Source of the DNA: a virus
Virus record (IMG/VR): IMGVR_UViG_3300013103_000001
Span: 5,424 to 69,423 of that record
Reading direction: 5' to 3' (one strand)
Length of the DNA: 64,000 nucleotides
Shown piece by piece: positions 37,155 to 46,501 of the stretch. Position numbers and translations under genes: made by a program. The notes beneath the pieces are model-generated. The model worked only from the letters and a program-made list of their open reading frames with translations, was not told the DNA's origin and did not search any database. How positions within the stretch are numbered: position 1 is the first letter of the stretch; the number at the start of each line of letters is the position of its first letter.

Positions 37155-37569
37155 TTATCCCTTTCTTTTTCATAATTTCTCTCATTTCTTTATTAATTAA
37201 GAAGCTATACCTGTTTCGGTCTGTGTATGGGTCGCTCAGAAATATTAATGTCTTCTTTTCCTTTTCCTCTTCTGAGAGAGAGTCCCACGCAGACTTTTTT
37301 ATTTTGAAGTATTTCGATATTTCTTTCACAAACTCTTTCTCTACTTGTTCTTTTTCGAGCTTAGTCAACGGGAGCAATCTTTTTTTCTTTTCCAATTCAC
37401 TTAGTTTCTTTAATCCGTTATCTGTTATCTCTAAGAGCCCTTCAATTTCTCTTGCTAACTTCTGTTCTTCGATCATGTCTAATATTTCTTTCGACATCGC
37501 CCATTCCTTTGGCAGAGGCCGGCTTTTTAAACATTTTAGGAAAATATATAAGTCAAATTCTCCTCTCAT
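37147..37569 (-). CDS. Hypothetical protein (wHTH-like N-terminus)
   Basis: LEITDNGLKKL wing motif; last gene of the replication operon. Confidence 0.65.
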   Translation of the reverse strand: MRGEFDLYIFLKCLKSRPLPKEWAMSKEILDMIEEQKLAREIEGLLEITDNGLKKLSELEKKKRLLPLTKLEKEQVEKEFVKEISKYFKIKKSAWDSLSEEEKEKKTLIFLSDPYTDRNRYSFLINKEMREIMKKKGIIK

Positions 37570-40382
37570 TTAACCCACTCTGTTATCTTTCTTTGTCCTC
37601 TATAAAAAGTCTCCCAAGATATGTCTAAAGCTTCGAACACTGGAGTCATCACCGATTTGATACATTTTCTGACTATTTCCTCAGTGTCGAGCGTTTTTAT
37701 GAACTCTTTTGGGATTTGAGATTCGTCTGTGAAACCAAAAACATCAGTCTTTCCGCGGACAATTCTCAAGGTCTTTTTTTCTCCGTTTAATTCAAATGTT
37801 AGGACTCTCGGTTTCAGAGGGATGAGCAAAATTTTGTCTCCTGTTTTAAAGTTAGTGCCGAGGTATGCATTAGAAGTTAGAGCGGCCCGGACGTGGATAG
37901 GGATGCCTTTTGTTTGTTTTTTAGAGCTTGTGTCTAAAGAATACTTTTCTATATTCGCGACGAGGTTCTTAGGAGTCGCTATATCAGAGATATTATACTC
38001 CATCTTCTTGATCCTCTTGACTATTTTTTTTAGCCCTCGGAGGATCGCGTCAAGGTCTATGTTAAGGTGGACTAATTCTAAAAATCTTTTTTGGACTTCT
38101 CTCGAAATTTTTGGAGTATCTTGTTTAATTGCTTCCATGCCTACTTGTCTGAACTCGTCTACCCAATACCCTTCGTTCCAAACTCTGCGAAAAGCGTATT
38201 TCTTCTTCTTGTTTTGGAGGAACGAAGTGTAGAACTGTTCGAAAGCTATTTTTACCATCATGTCCTTCTCTTTGACGTAGAACCTCGACGCAAGAAAAAT
38301 TTTATAGGCTTTGTTCACGTTTTCTACTAGAAAATTTACGACTTTAAAAGCGTCTCCTCCATCAGGCTTCCTAAAGCCTGCAGGGACTCTTATAAATGTG
38401 CTATCAGTGTCTCCATACAGTACTTTGATCTCTCTGTCTAGTTTTATGTTTGGGTATTTCTTTTTAAGACGAGAGACTATTCTTTTCGACTCAAAGAACT
38501 CTTTAGTAAATTTTATTATCTCTCGACAACTCCCTGTAATTGAAGGAGGGATATCTTCGTCATAGAGTCTAAAACTTGAGTAAGCAAATACTCCATACGT
38601 CGCATTGATTGGTTTCTTGTAGATTTTTTGCTCTTCATAGTACATTTTAAATTTTTCGTTACATTCGACTTCGGTCTTACACTCTTCGCACTTCCCTACA
38701 GGTCGGTGTTTTTTCATCATAGCCTTCATCTCCATCCTCCTGTCGATGAGCGGCAAGAGGACTTTTCTCGTTATCCCGTCTCTAGAGTTCCTAAACCATA
38801 CTCTAGTCGCAGAACGAGTATAACTTATCTCAGGGAACTTCCCAAGAATTGGGACAAGAAGATGTGAGAACTTATGAAATTGGTCCAATTTCTTGATTAT
38901 CTTCCGGTCTCGGACCTTCATTTCAGGAGAGAAGTTCCCTCCAATGATGATCGAAGGGTAAAACGACGAAAGGTCAGCTACGGCGACATTAAAGTGACGG
39001 CCTGGGACTGGGTCAAAAGTTATTGCTCCTTTGTAATGAGTTTTCTCTCGCTTTCTCCTAGATGGGAGGACTACACCTTCTTCTCGCGCTCTCTTCAAGA
39101 ATATCATGTCTAAAAACCTGCTTGGAGCGACTACGTCTTTAAATTTGCAACCAAAAGCTCGTCTCTCAGCGTCTAGCTGAGCTATAATCCCTCTCTTTTT
39201 GTCTATCTCGACGCAGAGTTCGACGTCATAGAGGTTGTACTTCAAACTCTTTACAAAATTTTTGTCCCACGTCTCTCCGACTCCGTGGACTTCTAACTTC
39301 CCTATTTTGAACTCGAAATTACCGACGAGGTCTAAGGAAAACCTCCTCAAGAATTTCGCAGAGTAAGAAAACCTCCTATACATCTTCAAGAGGTCGACGA
39401 CGACTCTGCCTCCTATCTTCACTTCATTAAAGTATTCAGTATATTGTTTAATATATACTTTCCTCAACGGGCTTATCCCGTCTACCTCTAACCCTAAAAT
39501 ACGGCACCTCGCGTGGAGGTACGGGATATCGAACTTTTCTATGTTCCACCCCGTAATCACGTCTGGGTCTTGTATTTTAAAAAAATTTATAACGTTTTCT
39601 AGCATCTCGACTTCGTTTTTGAAAATAAAGACCTTCCACTTATGGTCCCTACCAGATATCCTCCCTTTAAACTTGCGACAAAGTTTAGCTGGGAGTACTT
39701 TTCTGTGCCAAGTGAAAGTAAAATAAGTGTCTGTAAAGTTGTCGTAAAACGTCACTACTATTAGAGGGGCTATCGGGTCTTTAAAGTCAGGGAACTTCGG
39801 AGCACAGACACGCTCGTCGACTTCTATATCAAAATAACAGACTCTAATGTTCGGAGCGACTAAAATTGGCGAAACTTCACTTAAAAGGACGTTTTTCTTG
39901 TCAGGGACTCTGACTCCTCCTCGGATGTCGAGGTCGAGGAGGACTCTTCTGTCTGCTCTTATGTCTGCTTCAAAAGTTATAATATGCTCGCTAAGGTTAG
40001 AACGGTTTTCTTTATTTTTTTCAGAAATCTCAGCTAATAACGAAGCCATAGCTCTATCGGATTCACAACTTATCTTTAATACCTTCTCTCCAAAGAAACC
40101 TTTGAGCTCTGTAGGTTCCTTATTGACATTATTTACTTTATCTTTATCTTTTTCTCTTATGTAGAAGTAAGGCTTAAAGTCAGTGATCGTCACTGAACGC
40201 CTTTTTTTACTCCTTACCTCTCTCCCAAAGAGGTAGACGAGAGTCTTCTCTTTCTCGTCGAACCCTGCTCTACACGAAGTGTGGAGAGCTTTAGCTATAA
40301 ACTCTTTTCCACACTTTTTACATTTATAAAACTTGAGCGTCTCGCTCTCTATATGACTAACAGACATGTCCATTTCGATCAC
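37566..40382 (-). CDS. polB: Family B DNA polymerase
   Basis: Exo I FDIE, Exo II GWNIEKFDIPYL, Exo III YNLYD, DLSSFYPSII, KKPINATYG, YGDTDS, KKKY; PIP box QRKITEW. Confidence 0.97.
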   Translation of the reverse strand: MIEMDMSVSHIESETLKFYKCKKCGKEFIAKALHTSCRAGFDEKEKTLVYLFGREVRSKKRRSVTITDFKPYFYIREKDKDKVNNVNKEPTELKGFFGEKVLKISCESDRAMASLLAEISEKNKENRSNLSEHIITFEADIRADRRVLLDLDIRGGVRVPDKKNVLLSEVSPILVAPNIRVCYFDIEVDERVCAPKFPDFKDPIAPLIVVTFYDNFTDTYFTFTWHRKVLPAKLCRKFKGRISGRDHKWKVFIFKNEVEMLENVINFFKIQDPDVITGWNIEKFDIPYLHARCRILGLEVDGISPLRKVYIKQYTEYFNEVKIGGRVVVDLLKMYRRFSYSAKFLRRFSLDLVGNFEFKIGKLEVHGVGETWDKNFVKSLKYNLYDVELCVEIDKKRGIIAQLDAERRAFGCKFKDVVAPSRFLDMIFLKRAREEGVVLPSRRKREKTHYKGAITFDPVPGRHFNVAVADLSSFYPSIIIGGNFSPEMKVRDRKIIKKLDQFHKFSHLLVPILGKFPEISYTRSATRVWFRNSRDGITRKVLLPLIDRRMEMKAMMKKHRPVGKCEECKTEVECNEKFKMYYEEQKIYKKPINATYGVFAYSSFRLYDEDIPPSITGSCREIIKFTKEFFESKRIVSRLKKKYPNIKLDREIKVLYGDTDSTFIRVPAGFRKPDGGDAFKVVNFLVENVNKAYKIFLASRFYVKEKDMMVKIAFEQFYTSFLQNKKKKYAFRRVWNEGYWVDEFRQVGMEAIKQDTPKISREVQKRFLELVHLNIDLDAILRGLKKIVKRIKKMEYNISDIATPKNLVANIEKYSLDTSSKKQTKGIPIHVRAALTSNAYLGTNFKTGDKILLIPLKPRVLTFELNGEKKTLRIVRGKTDVFGFTDESQIPKEFIKTLDTEEIVRKCIKSVMTPVFEALDISWETFYRGQRKITEWVK

Positions 40383-41161
40383 TCGAAGAGAGTTTTAGTT
40401 AAGTTGACACTGAGGTACTTTTTTATCAGCCTCTTTTTCCTTTCTCGAGGGACATTAAAATATTTTAATATCTCAGTAAACGTCGCTAAATTCTTTCTAA
40501 ACTTCAGTTTCTTAATGTCTTTTTTTACTTCAGGATATAAAATGTATTCCCTCGCTCGTTTTGCTTCTCGATTTAAGAACTTAGGAGTCTCATTTTTCTC
40601 TACAATTTTAATTGCAGCAGCTTTACCGCGCCCACGTGGGAGGAGTTTTTTGTTATAATCTGTCCCTAAGAGGAGGAGAAAGTCGACATAATCCTCTCTC
40701 GCCCAATGTGTGGGCAGTCCGTTCTTTTCGAGCCAATTTTTAAACGAAAGTTTGACGAACTGTTTTTTCCCAGTTATTATAGTATACTCAGGGTCTCCTA
40801 GGAATTCTTTCCCTCCAAAAGCGAAAGTGTCGTCAATGTCGTTAGAAGAAAAAAAGTCGACAAAGCCTATGCGATTCAAATAAGCGCACTGAGCTTCAGC
40901 GTCATATGGAGAAATTATTACAGGGACTCCCATCCCCTTAAGGGCCTTAGTAGCCTTAGTCGTGGAAGGTTTTACAAATTTTTTAGGGCGTCTGGACTTG
41001 AGAGGGTGCCTACCTCCGTCGAAACAATAAATTGGGAGTATATTTTTCTTTAGGATATTTAGCGTCCTATAGATGATCCCGTAGACTTCTGAATTCGGCC
41101 GTTTATACGAAAACTTGAATTGGTAGAGGCAGATGTTCCCGTCAATAGCTACTTTTATCAT
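40379..41161 (-). CDS. fen: Flap endonuclease (FEN1/XPG family), compact
   Basis: VAIDGN, CFDG, PYDAEAQCAYL, SNDIDD, LGTDYN, GRGKAAAIKIV. Confidence 0.9.
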   Translation of the reverse strand: MIKVAIDGNICLYQFKFSYKRPNSEVYGIIYRTLNILKKNILPIYCFDGGRHPLKSRRPKKFVKPSTTKATKALKGMGVPVIISPYDAEAQCAYLNRIGFVDFFSSNDIDDTFAFGGKEFLGDPEYTIITGKKQFVKLSFKNWLEKNGLPTHWAREDYVDFLLLLGTDYNKKLLPRGRGKAAAIKIVEKNETPKFLNREAKRAREYILYPEVKKDIKKLKFRKNLATFTEILKYFNVPRERKKRLIKKYLSVNLTKTLFE

Positions 41162-41370
41162 TCCTGAGCCTCCTTTATTTTCACGAACTCCTGCTGTTTT
41201 TCGTAATCGAGAGCGATCGGGACTCCTGAGAGTATCCTATTCAGTTTCTCGAGTACATAAGCACGAGAGACCATCCCTTTTCTCGCTCTTATAATCAATT
41301 TTAACTTTAACACTTCATCCTGAATCTCAAAATCAATTAAACTCTTTTTGTATTTATCCAATTTCATCAC
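41158..41370 (-). CDS. Small hypothetical protein
   Basis: 70-aa ORF with ATGA coupling. Confidence 0.65.
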   Translation of the reverse strand: MMKLDKYKKSLIDFEIQDEVLKLKLIIRARKGMVSRAYVLEKLNRILSGVPIALDYEKQQEFVKIKEAQE

Positions 41371-42404
41371 CTATAGACCGGGTGCTTTTTTTTGCACCCT
41401 TTTACACAATAATCGTTTTGTCTCATCTTTTCACACGACCACATGTAATAACCGAGGTCAGAACCCCGATTGTAAATGTAGTTTACCATCCCTCCATGGG
41501 AAACAGCTTCTTCTCTAGTACAGTGGTAGAATTTTCTTCTACTCAAGAAGCTTTTTAAAACTCTTTCGGTTACCTTAGGAGGGACCCCTGATTCTTTCAA
41601 AAATACAATTACAAGAAAACGGCCTTCGTATCCGAGGTCTTTAATACTCATCAATCTTTGGATACACGGAGGGATGTCTAATTTCCCTAAAATACTCTTA
41701 ATTTTTATAGAAGTTTCATCTGGCCAACCGTCGAAATCAACTCTCTCCTTAAAAAGAGGCTCAGAGTCAAAACGAGATATGTCTAATAGCCCTGAGCCAT
41801 AAAAAAACACCCTGCTACTTTGGACTTTTGCTTCGCGCAGAATTTCTTCGTGAGATTTTTTTAAGAAGTTTTTAATCGAAATACAAAACCTTCGCCCTTT
41901 AGTGTTAAGCGTCCCAGGGACTCTTACAAGCTGAGCGAGAGAACCTCTTGTTTTCTTATCTATAAGAGTATGTTGAGAAGTTTCTAGCATATCTAAATAA
42001 GTTCTTATAGCTCCTTGAGGGTTTTTAAGATTATTTTCTATGAACACGTGGAGCTGATAACAGTTCCCTGAAAAAAATACTGTGTGGAGTATATCTTTTT
42101 TAGAAAAAAATCTGTGGAGTTTGACACAATCTGCATAAGCTCTGAGCGGGTCTTTAGTCTTATTAGCACTACTCCCGTCGAGGTCTATAAATATTTTATC
42201 TACAATTGCAGTCTCATATACTCCTTTTGAACTCTTCCCTACCCTTCTTATCTCTTTGAATGCATACTCAGACGTAAAGATGTCACAATATCCATTTCGC
42301 TTGTTGACCTCCTCGAGCATCTCATCCAAAGATGACACTATGAACCTGGTCTTCGAGCCCATCGACGCTATTTCTCTAGGAAATTTGTCGAAAAGCCCTT
42401 TCAT
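41367..42404 (-). CDS. Archaeo-eukaryotic primase, PriS fused to PriL C-terminal (Fe-S) domain
   Basis: FPRE, IDLD, FSGNCYQLH, RVPGTLN; C-terminal PPCI...GR...SCEKMRQNDYC..GC..HP. Confidence 0.85.
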   Translation of the reverse strand: MKGLFDKFPREIASMGSKTRFIVSSLDEMLEEVNKRNGYCDIFTSEYAFKEIRRVGKSSKGVYETAIVDKIFIDLDGSSANKTKDPLRAYADCVKLHRFFSKKDILHTVFFSGNCYQLHVFIENNLKNPQGAIRTYLDMLETSQHTLIDKKTRGSLAQLVRVPGTLNTKGRRFCISIKNFLKKSHEEILREAKVQSSRVFFYGSGLLDISRFDSEPLFKERVDFDGWPDETSIKIKSILGKLDIPPCIQRLMSIKDLGYEGRFLVIVFLKESGVPPKVTERVLKSFLSRRKFYHCTREEAVSHGGMVNYIYNRGSDLGYYMWSCEKMRQNDYCVKGCKKKHPVYR

Positions 42405-43261
42405 TTTTCACCTCTCTTAAGCTTAATTAAAGACTCCTTAGGCCAGGTCTTTCTGCATATATGATAATACTCACAGCCTGAGAAATAAGGAGTACTGAGG
42501 CACTCATTGTTTATTACCGGGAGGAACTCTCCTTCTTCTATAATTTTCAAGCACTTATCTCTAGCTTTCAAAGCAGCTTTTAACGTCGCTTTTTTGAAAT
42601 CTTCTGCTATGACTTTTCCACTGAGGTAGAAGACTCCTATCATCTTCACAACTTTATAGCTCGGGAGTTGCTTTTCAGAAAGGATTTTGTAATATGTGCA
42701 TTGCCTCCGAAATTCTGAGCTCAGGCTATAAGTGAGCTTCCCTTTTATGTCTCTTGGCTTAGGAGGTTTTGGTTTATAGTCTATAATAACAAGTTCTCTG
42801 CTATCTTCTGAAGGAAAAAAGAGATCTCGCCTGTCTATAATCCCAGAAAGGGAGTCTTCTTCAGACTTCAAATATACTTCAGTCGAGTGAGGGTAAAAGT
42901 GCTCTAAAATGTCTTTTTTACTCGAAAAATGTTTTTTACAACTTAAAAGCATCTGCGCTTCTATTGTACTAAAGTTCCAAAAAGCTCTTAAATAGCGGTC
43001 ATTAGGGACTTTAGGGCTGTTATTAAATAGGCTTGTATGAAAATAATCTCTAAATTGCTCAAATGTTTTATCTTTCAAGAGCAACTTAGGGTCTATGATA
43101 TTAAAAAAATGTTTGAAGGCGAGATGGATGTTCATCCCGTCTATCACAACACGTGGAATTTCAGTTTCAATTTTATCTATATATCGATACTTGTACTTCC
43201 GTGGGCACTGGAGTAAAACTTTTATTTTTGAATTCGAGAGGATTATTCTCTCTCCCTCCAC
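42401..43261 (-). CDS. PD-(D/E)XK RecB/Cas4-like exonuclease
   Basis: SNSKI, CPRKY, GMNIH, GIIDR, IIDYK, QCTYY, C-terminal Cys cluster. Confidence 0.88.
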   Translation of the reverse strand: MEGERIILSNSKIKVLLQCPRKYKYRYIDKIETEIPRVVIDGMNIHLAFKHFFNIIDPKLLLKDKTFEQFRDYFHTSLFNNSPKVPNDRYLRAFWNFSTIEAQMLLSCKKHFSSKKDILEHFYPHSTEVYLKSEEDSLSGIIDRRDLFFPSEDSRELVIIDYKPKPPKPRDIKGKLTYSLSSEFRRQCTYYKILSEKQLPSYKVVKMIGVFYLSGKVIAEDFKKATLKAALKARDKCLKIIEEGEFLPVINNECLSTPYFSGCEYYHICRKTWPKESLIKLKRGEK

Positions 43262-43788
43262 TCTTTGTCTATTTTAAACTCCGGGACAGTTGTTTGCCCC
43301 ATATATTTACTAGACTCTCTCAAGTGGTACTTAACGTCGACACTTTGTGCTTCAAAGAAAACAATTTGACAGACTCTCAAATCCTCACGGAGGACTATTC
43401 GGTTTGGAGAGAAGTTAGTTATCAGCCCTTTGAGCGTCCCTCGATACCCGGTGTCTAGAAGGCCTACTCCATATATGAGCAAAGGGATTGTACACGAGTT
43501 GCTCCTCGGGAGGATCACTCCGAGCGTCTCGGACTTACACCCGACAATTTCTTTAGTATTAAATGTGACCGTCTCAAACGGAGAAATAGTGTACGGTAGT
43601 TCGACCAGCTCTGATGGAGGCACGTCTTTTGTAATGTCAATTTGTTTATGTGCTTTTTTAGACACTCTAATGGGGCTCGCTAACCTTAAATCATATGAGT
43701 TAGGCCCTAGATTTTTTTCCTTGAAAGGCTCTATATAGATCTCTCCTTTTTTCATAAGTTCTAAAACTTTCGAATCTGATAAACTCAT
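43243..43788 (-). CDS. dCTP deaminase/dUTPase family protein (likely dUTPase-type)
   Basis: PNSYDLRL, PRS, LDTGYRG, RVCQIVF, SKYMGQ; deaminase TLE Glu replaced (LKGL). Confidence 0.8.
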   Translation of the reverse strand: MSLSDSKVLELMKKGEIYIEPFKEKNLGPNSYDLRLASPIRVSKKAHKQIDITKDVPPSELVELPYTISPFETVTFNTKEIVGCKSETLGVILPRSNSCTIPLLIYGVGLLDTGYRGTLKGLITNFSPNRIVLREDLRVCQIVFFEAQSVDVKYHLRESSKYMGQTTVPEFKIDKEWRERE

Positions 43789-44724
43789 TTATACGACCTC
43801 AACAACTTTTATTTTCGAAGAAGCGAGAAACTCTTTCACGCTATCTTCTAACCTACCTTTAAAAAACACTTCTTTGACCTCTGCGTTGACTACTCTTTTC
43901 GCGTCTTGAAAAGAAAGGGGTGCAGAAGTATACAATGACGCTCCACTCGTAGAACTCCCGTGGACAGCGACTTGAATTATACAATTTTCTGCTGCTCCTA
44001 CTCCTACGCAATTGTCCCAATCTAGAGGGCCGTTTTTTTGATAGACTCTGCAAGTCTTACAGTGGGGAAACCCTTTTGGAGCACCGTTATACCCAGTAGC
44101 TATAACTCTCCCGCTCTTTACTAATATAGCACCAGACTTTCTTATGAGGCACGTAGACCTCCGAGAACAGAGTTCAGCTAATTTCATATAAAACTCAGAA
44201 GACCTTATCCTCTTTTGTCCAATCTCTTCTAGTGTGTATATCAAAGTTTGTCGTGGAGAAAAAAAAGTCGTGTTCACTCTAATGATATTTCGTATGGCCG
44301 TCGTCTTAATGACTTCGTCGTACAAGTCTACTAATTTTCTAACTTCACTTTCTGATATGTATTCATCGTCTTTGACCCTGCTAGTTATATTCGCTACTGT
44401 AGAAGACAAGTAGACCAATATGACGTCGTCAAAAGTCGCTAACTCTCGGTCTACTTTATTCCAAGAAATCTTATCAAATGGCCGGCCCTTCAGTTTGCTG
44501 TAAACGTATTCAGATAAATGAAACCTGTCCAGGACCATCGACATTTTGGTCTTCCTATGTATTTCGAGGACAGCAGAATGATAGCCCGCTGCGTGACCCT
44601 CTCCATATTTTCCCTTCTCTTCCGGTCTCTTCCCTTTAATTACGGGAGCGCAGAGAGACTTAGAGAGGTTCTTACAAAGAGTAGTCTTTCCTACCTTGTC
44701 CGGCCCTTCTACTATGACTAACAT
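43789..44724 (-). CDS. Thymidylate-kinase-like dNMP kinase fused to a degenerate dCMP deaminase (ComEB-like) domain
   Basis: VEGPDKVGKTT, LDRFHLSEYVY; then RSTCL..GAILV..IATGYNG, with HAE and PCxxC lost. Confidence 0.85.
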   Translation of the reverse strand: MLVIVEGPDKVGKTTLCKNLSKSLCAPVIKGKRPEEKGKYGEGHAAGYHSAVLEIHRKTKMSMVLDRFHLSEYVYSKLKGRPFDKISWNKVDRELATFDDVILVYLSSTVANITSRVKDDEYISESEVRKLVDLYDEVIKTTAIRNIIRVNTTFFSPRQTLIYTLEEIGQKRIRSSEFYMKLAELCSRRSTCLIRKSGAILVKSGRVIATGYNGAPKGFPHCKTCRVYQKNGPLDWDNCVGVGAAENCIIQVAVHGSSTSGASLYTSAPLSFQDAKRVVNAEVKEVFFKGRLEDSVKEFLASSKIKVVEVV

Positions 44725-45740
44725 TTTTTCACTCCTCTTAGTTTATTAGCAAAAATGTCGCAATATGAACAGTAAACACCGCAAGCAGAGTTGCAGAAGT
44801 GGCCATTATCTTGGAAATACTCGAGGAACCCAGCTAGCTTAGAACTATCTATGTAATAATCGTAGCCCTCTCCTTCATCTTCTAACCTCCCAGGCACTAT
44901 TGGGAACAAGTCAAGAAGGTTGCCGTCGTGCTTTTCGTTCACATAAGCTTTTATAACTCTTTTTTGAAACTCTAGCGGCATAGTCCTCCCGGTGATTTTG
45001 AACCACTTCACTCCAGTTTTTCTATAGACTTCGAGGTCCTCTGGGCAAATAAACCTCGCTTTCAAGATCTCTGCAATGAAGTCTTTTTTCTGGACTGCCC
45101 AACAGTTGTTATACGGGTAGTCTTTATACTTCGTATTTGTCCCTTGCATTATGTAATGGTGGTTCCTCCAAGGGCACCCTTGGACGCACACTTCGTTCAC
45201 TATTAGCTCAAGGTCACACCCACTGCTCAAGAGGCTCTTTATCAAGAGGAAGTTCCTGTTCTCCATCAGGTCGAGGACGACTCGGTCTATGTTCTCGTAC
45301 CTCTCAGCGAGGAGTTTGTACGTCCTGACGGAGTTCACTCGCAAGATCGTAGACAAAATAACTTTAAGGCCAGGGAAGTGCTCTTCCATCAACTCTACAA
45401 TTATTGGTGCGCTCACTATAAATTTCTCAACTCCACAGTTCTTGATTAAGTTAAGAAAAGTTAGCACTCCTTTGATATTACTCTCTGTCGGGAGAAAAGC
45501 AGGAGAGTTCAGAGCGTAGACAACATCGAGGTTGCAAGACTCTTTTGCATACTCAATGTGGTCTATAAGACCTTTCACGCTAACTCTAGGGAGCCTAGAA
45601 CTCTCTCGAGCTGTCCCGATCGGGTCATTAAGTAAAGAACCATAGACTTCTTTGACTTTCACTCTCTTAGACTCCGAGTTCATATCTGCTATAAAGTCGA
45701 GGAGCCCGTTGTTAAATAAAGTCCCAGTCGTTAAATACAT
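44718..45740 (-). CDS. Peptidase U32-family (Fe-S hydroxylase-like) protein
   Basis: YALN, ELIVNEVCVQGCPWR, C, FICPEDL, GVKWFKITGR, C-terminal Cys cluster. Confidence 0.88.
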   Translation of the reverse strand: MYLTTGTLFNNGLLDFIADMNSESKRVKVKEVYGSLLNDPIGTARESSRLPRVSVKGLIDHIEYAKESCNLDVVYALNSPAFLPTESNIKGVLTFLNLIKNCGVEKFIVSAPIIVELMEEHFPGLKVILSTILRVNSVRTYKLLAERYENIDRVVLDLMENRNFLLIKSLLSSGCDLELIVNEVCVQGCPWRNHHYIMQGTNTKYKDYPYNNCWAVQKKDFIAEILKARFICPEDLEVYRKTGVKWFKITGRTMPLEFQKRVIKAYVNEKHDGNLLDLFPIVPGRLEDEGEGYDYYIDSSKLAGFLEYFQDNGHFCNSACGVYCSYCDIFANKLRGVKKC

Positions 45741-46489
45741 AACACATCACCTAATTCTTCATTACTATATATACTATTCTTAAAAGGCATTACAGAAATA
45801 TAACCGCTCAGAGCTGCTCTCACGTCGTCGTCCCTATCGCACTCTTTAAAAAATATATCGCGGCGTCTGTTTTTATACGTGAGCAAATAAAACGTCCCTC
45901 GAAACGTTTCAAATCGGGCGAACTCGTCTTGAAAGTTTATATTAGACTGCTTTGTAAATATAACTTTGTCTAGTGAAGCTCCTGGAGGGATTATAATGTT
46001 TAACCCAATGCGTTTTTTCTTTAATACGTCCAATTTGATTTTTTTTAAGATTTCGCTCCCGATTTGAGACGCTCTGTGAAAGTCTGTGCCTTTAAGCACT
46101 GAGCACGAGACCGTCGGGTACCCGTAAGAGAGGGCTGCTAGAGACGCTCCAATCGTCGCAGAGACGAGGATATCTCCTCCAAAATTTGGCTCCGGGTTCA
46201 ATCCAGATACTATAATGTCTGGGTTAAACTTTAAAGTAGTGAGGCCGAAAACAGTACAGTCTCTAGGAGTACCTGTTATCTGGTATAAGTTATTTTTAAG
46301 TTTTTCAGCTCTTATGAACGATAGGGATATAGAGCTGCTCTTTGCTGCACTATCAAACTTAGGGAGGACGCTTAAGACTTCGTGGTCTTCTAAGAGTGTG
46401 TCCCTAAAGATCTTTACAGAGTTTTCTTCGTCAGATAGAAAAAAAGAAGAGTTTTTGATAGGTTCGTCTGCTACGTGTAAAATTTTCAC
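45731..46489 (-). CDS. Divergent SurE-family 5'/3'-nucleotidase
   Basis: GTPRDC, PDIIVSGLN, ATIGA, LNI, D..A...GYISVMP; NDDG altered to ADEP. Confidence 0.8.
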   Translation of the reverse strand: MKILHVADEPIKNSSFFLSDEENSVKIFRDTLLEDHEVLSVLPKFDSAAKSSSISLSFIRAEKLKNNLYQITGTPRDCTVFGLTTLKFNPDIIVSGLNPEPNFGGDILVSATIGASLAALSYGYPTVSCSVLKGTDFHRASQIGSEILKKIKLDVLKKKRIGLNIIIPPGASLDKVIFTKQSNINFQDEFARFETFRGTFYLLTYKNRRRDIFFKECDRDDDVRAALSGYISVMPFKNSIYSNEELGDVLCI

Positions 46490-46501
46490 TTTTTAATCAC
46501 C

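Noticed and set aside
37566-40382. Intein in PolB or the helicases
   Set aside because: Insertions are short; no C...HN splice motifs or LAGLIDADG seen.
42401-43261. Cas4 as part of a CRISPR-Cas locus
   Set aside because: It lies in the replication operon with no cas1/cas2 or array; typical viral PD-(D/E)XK exonuclease.
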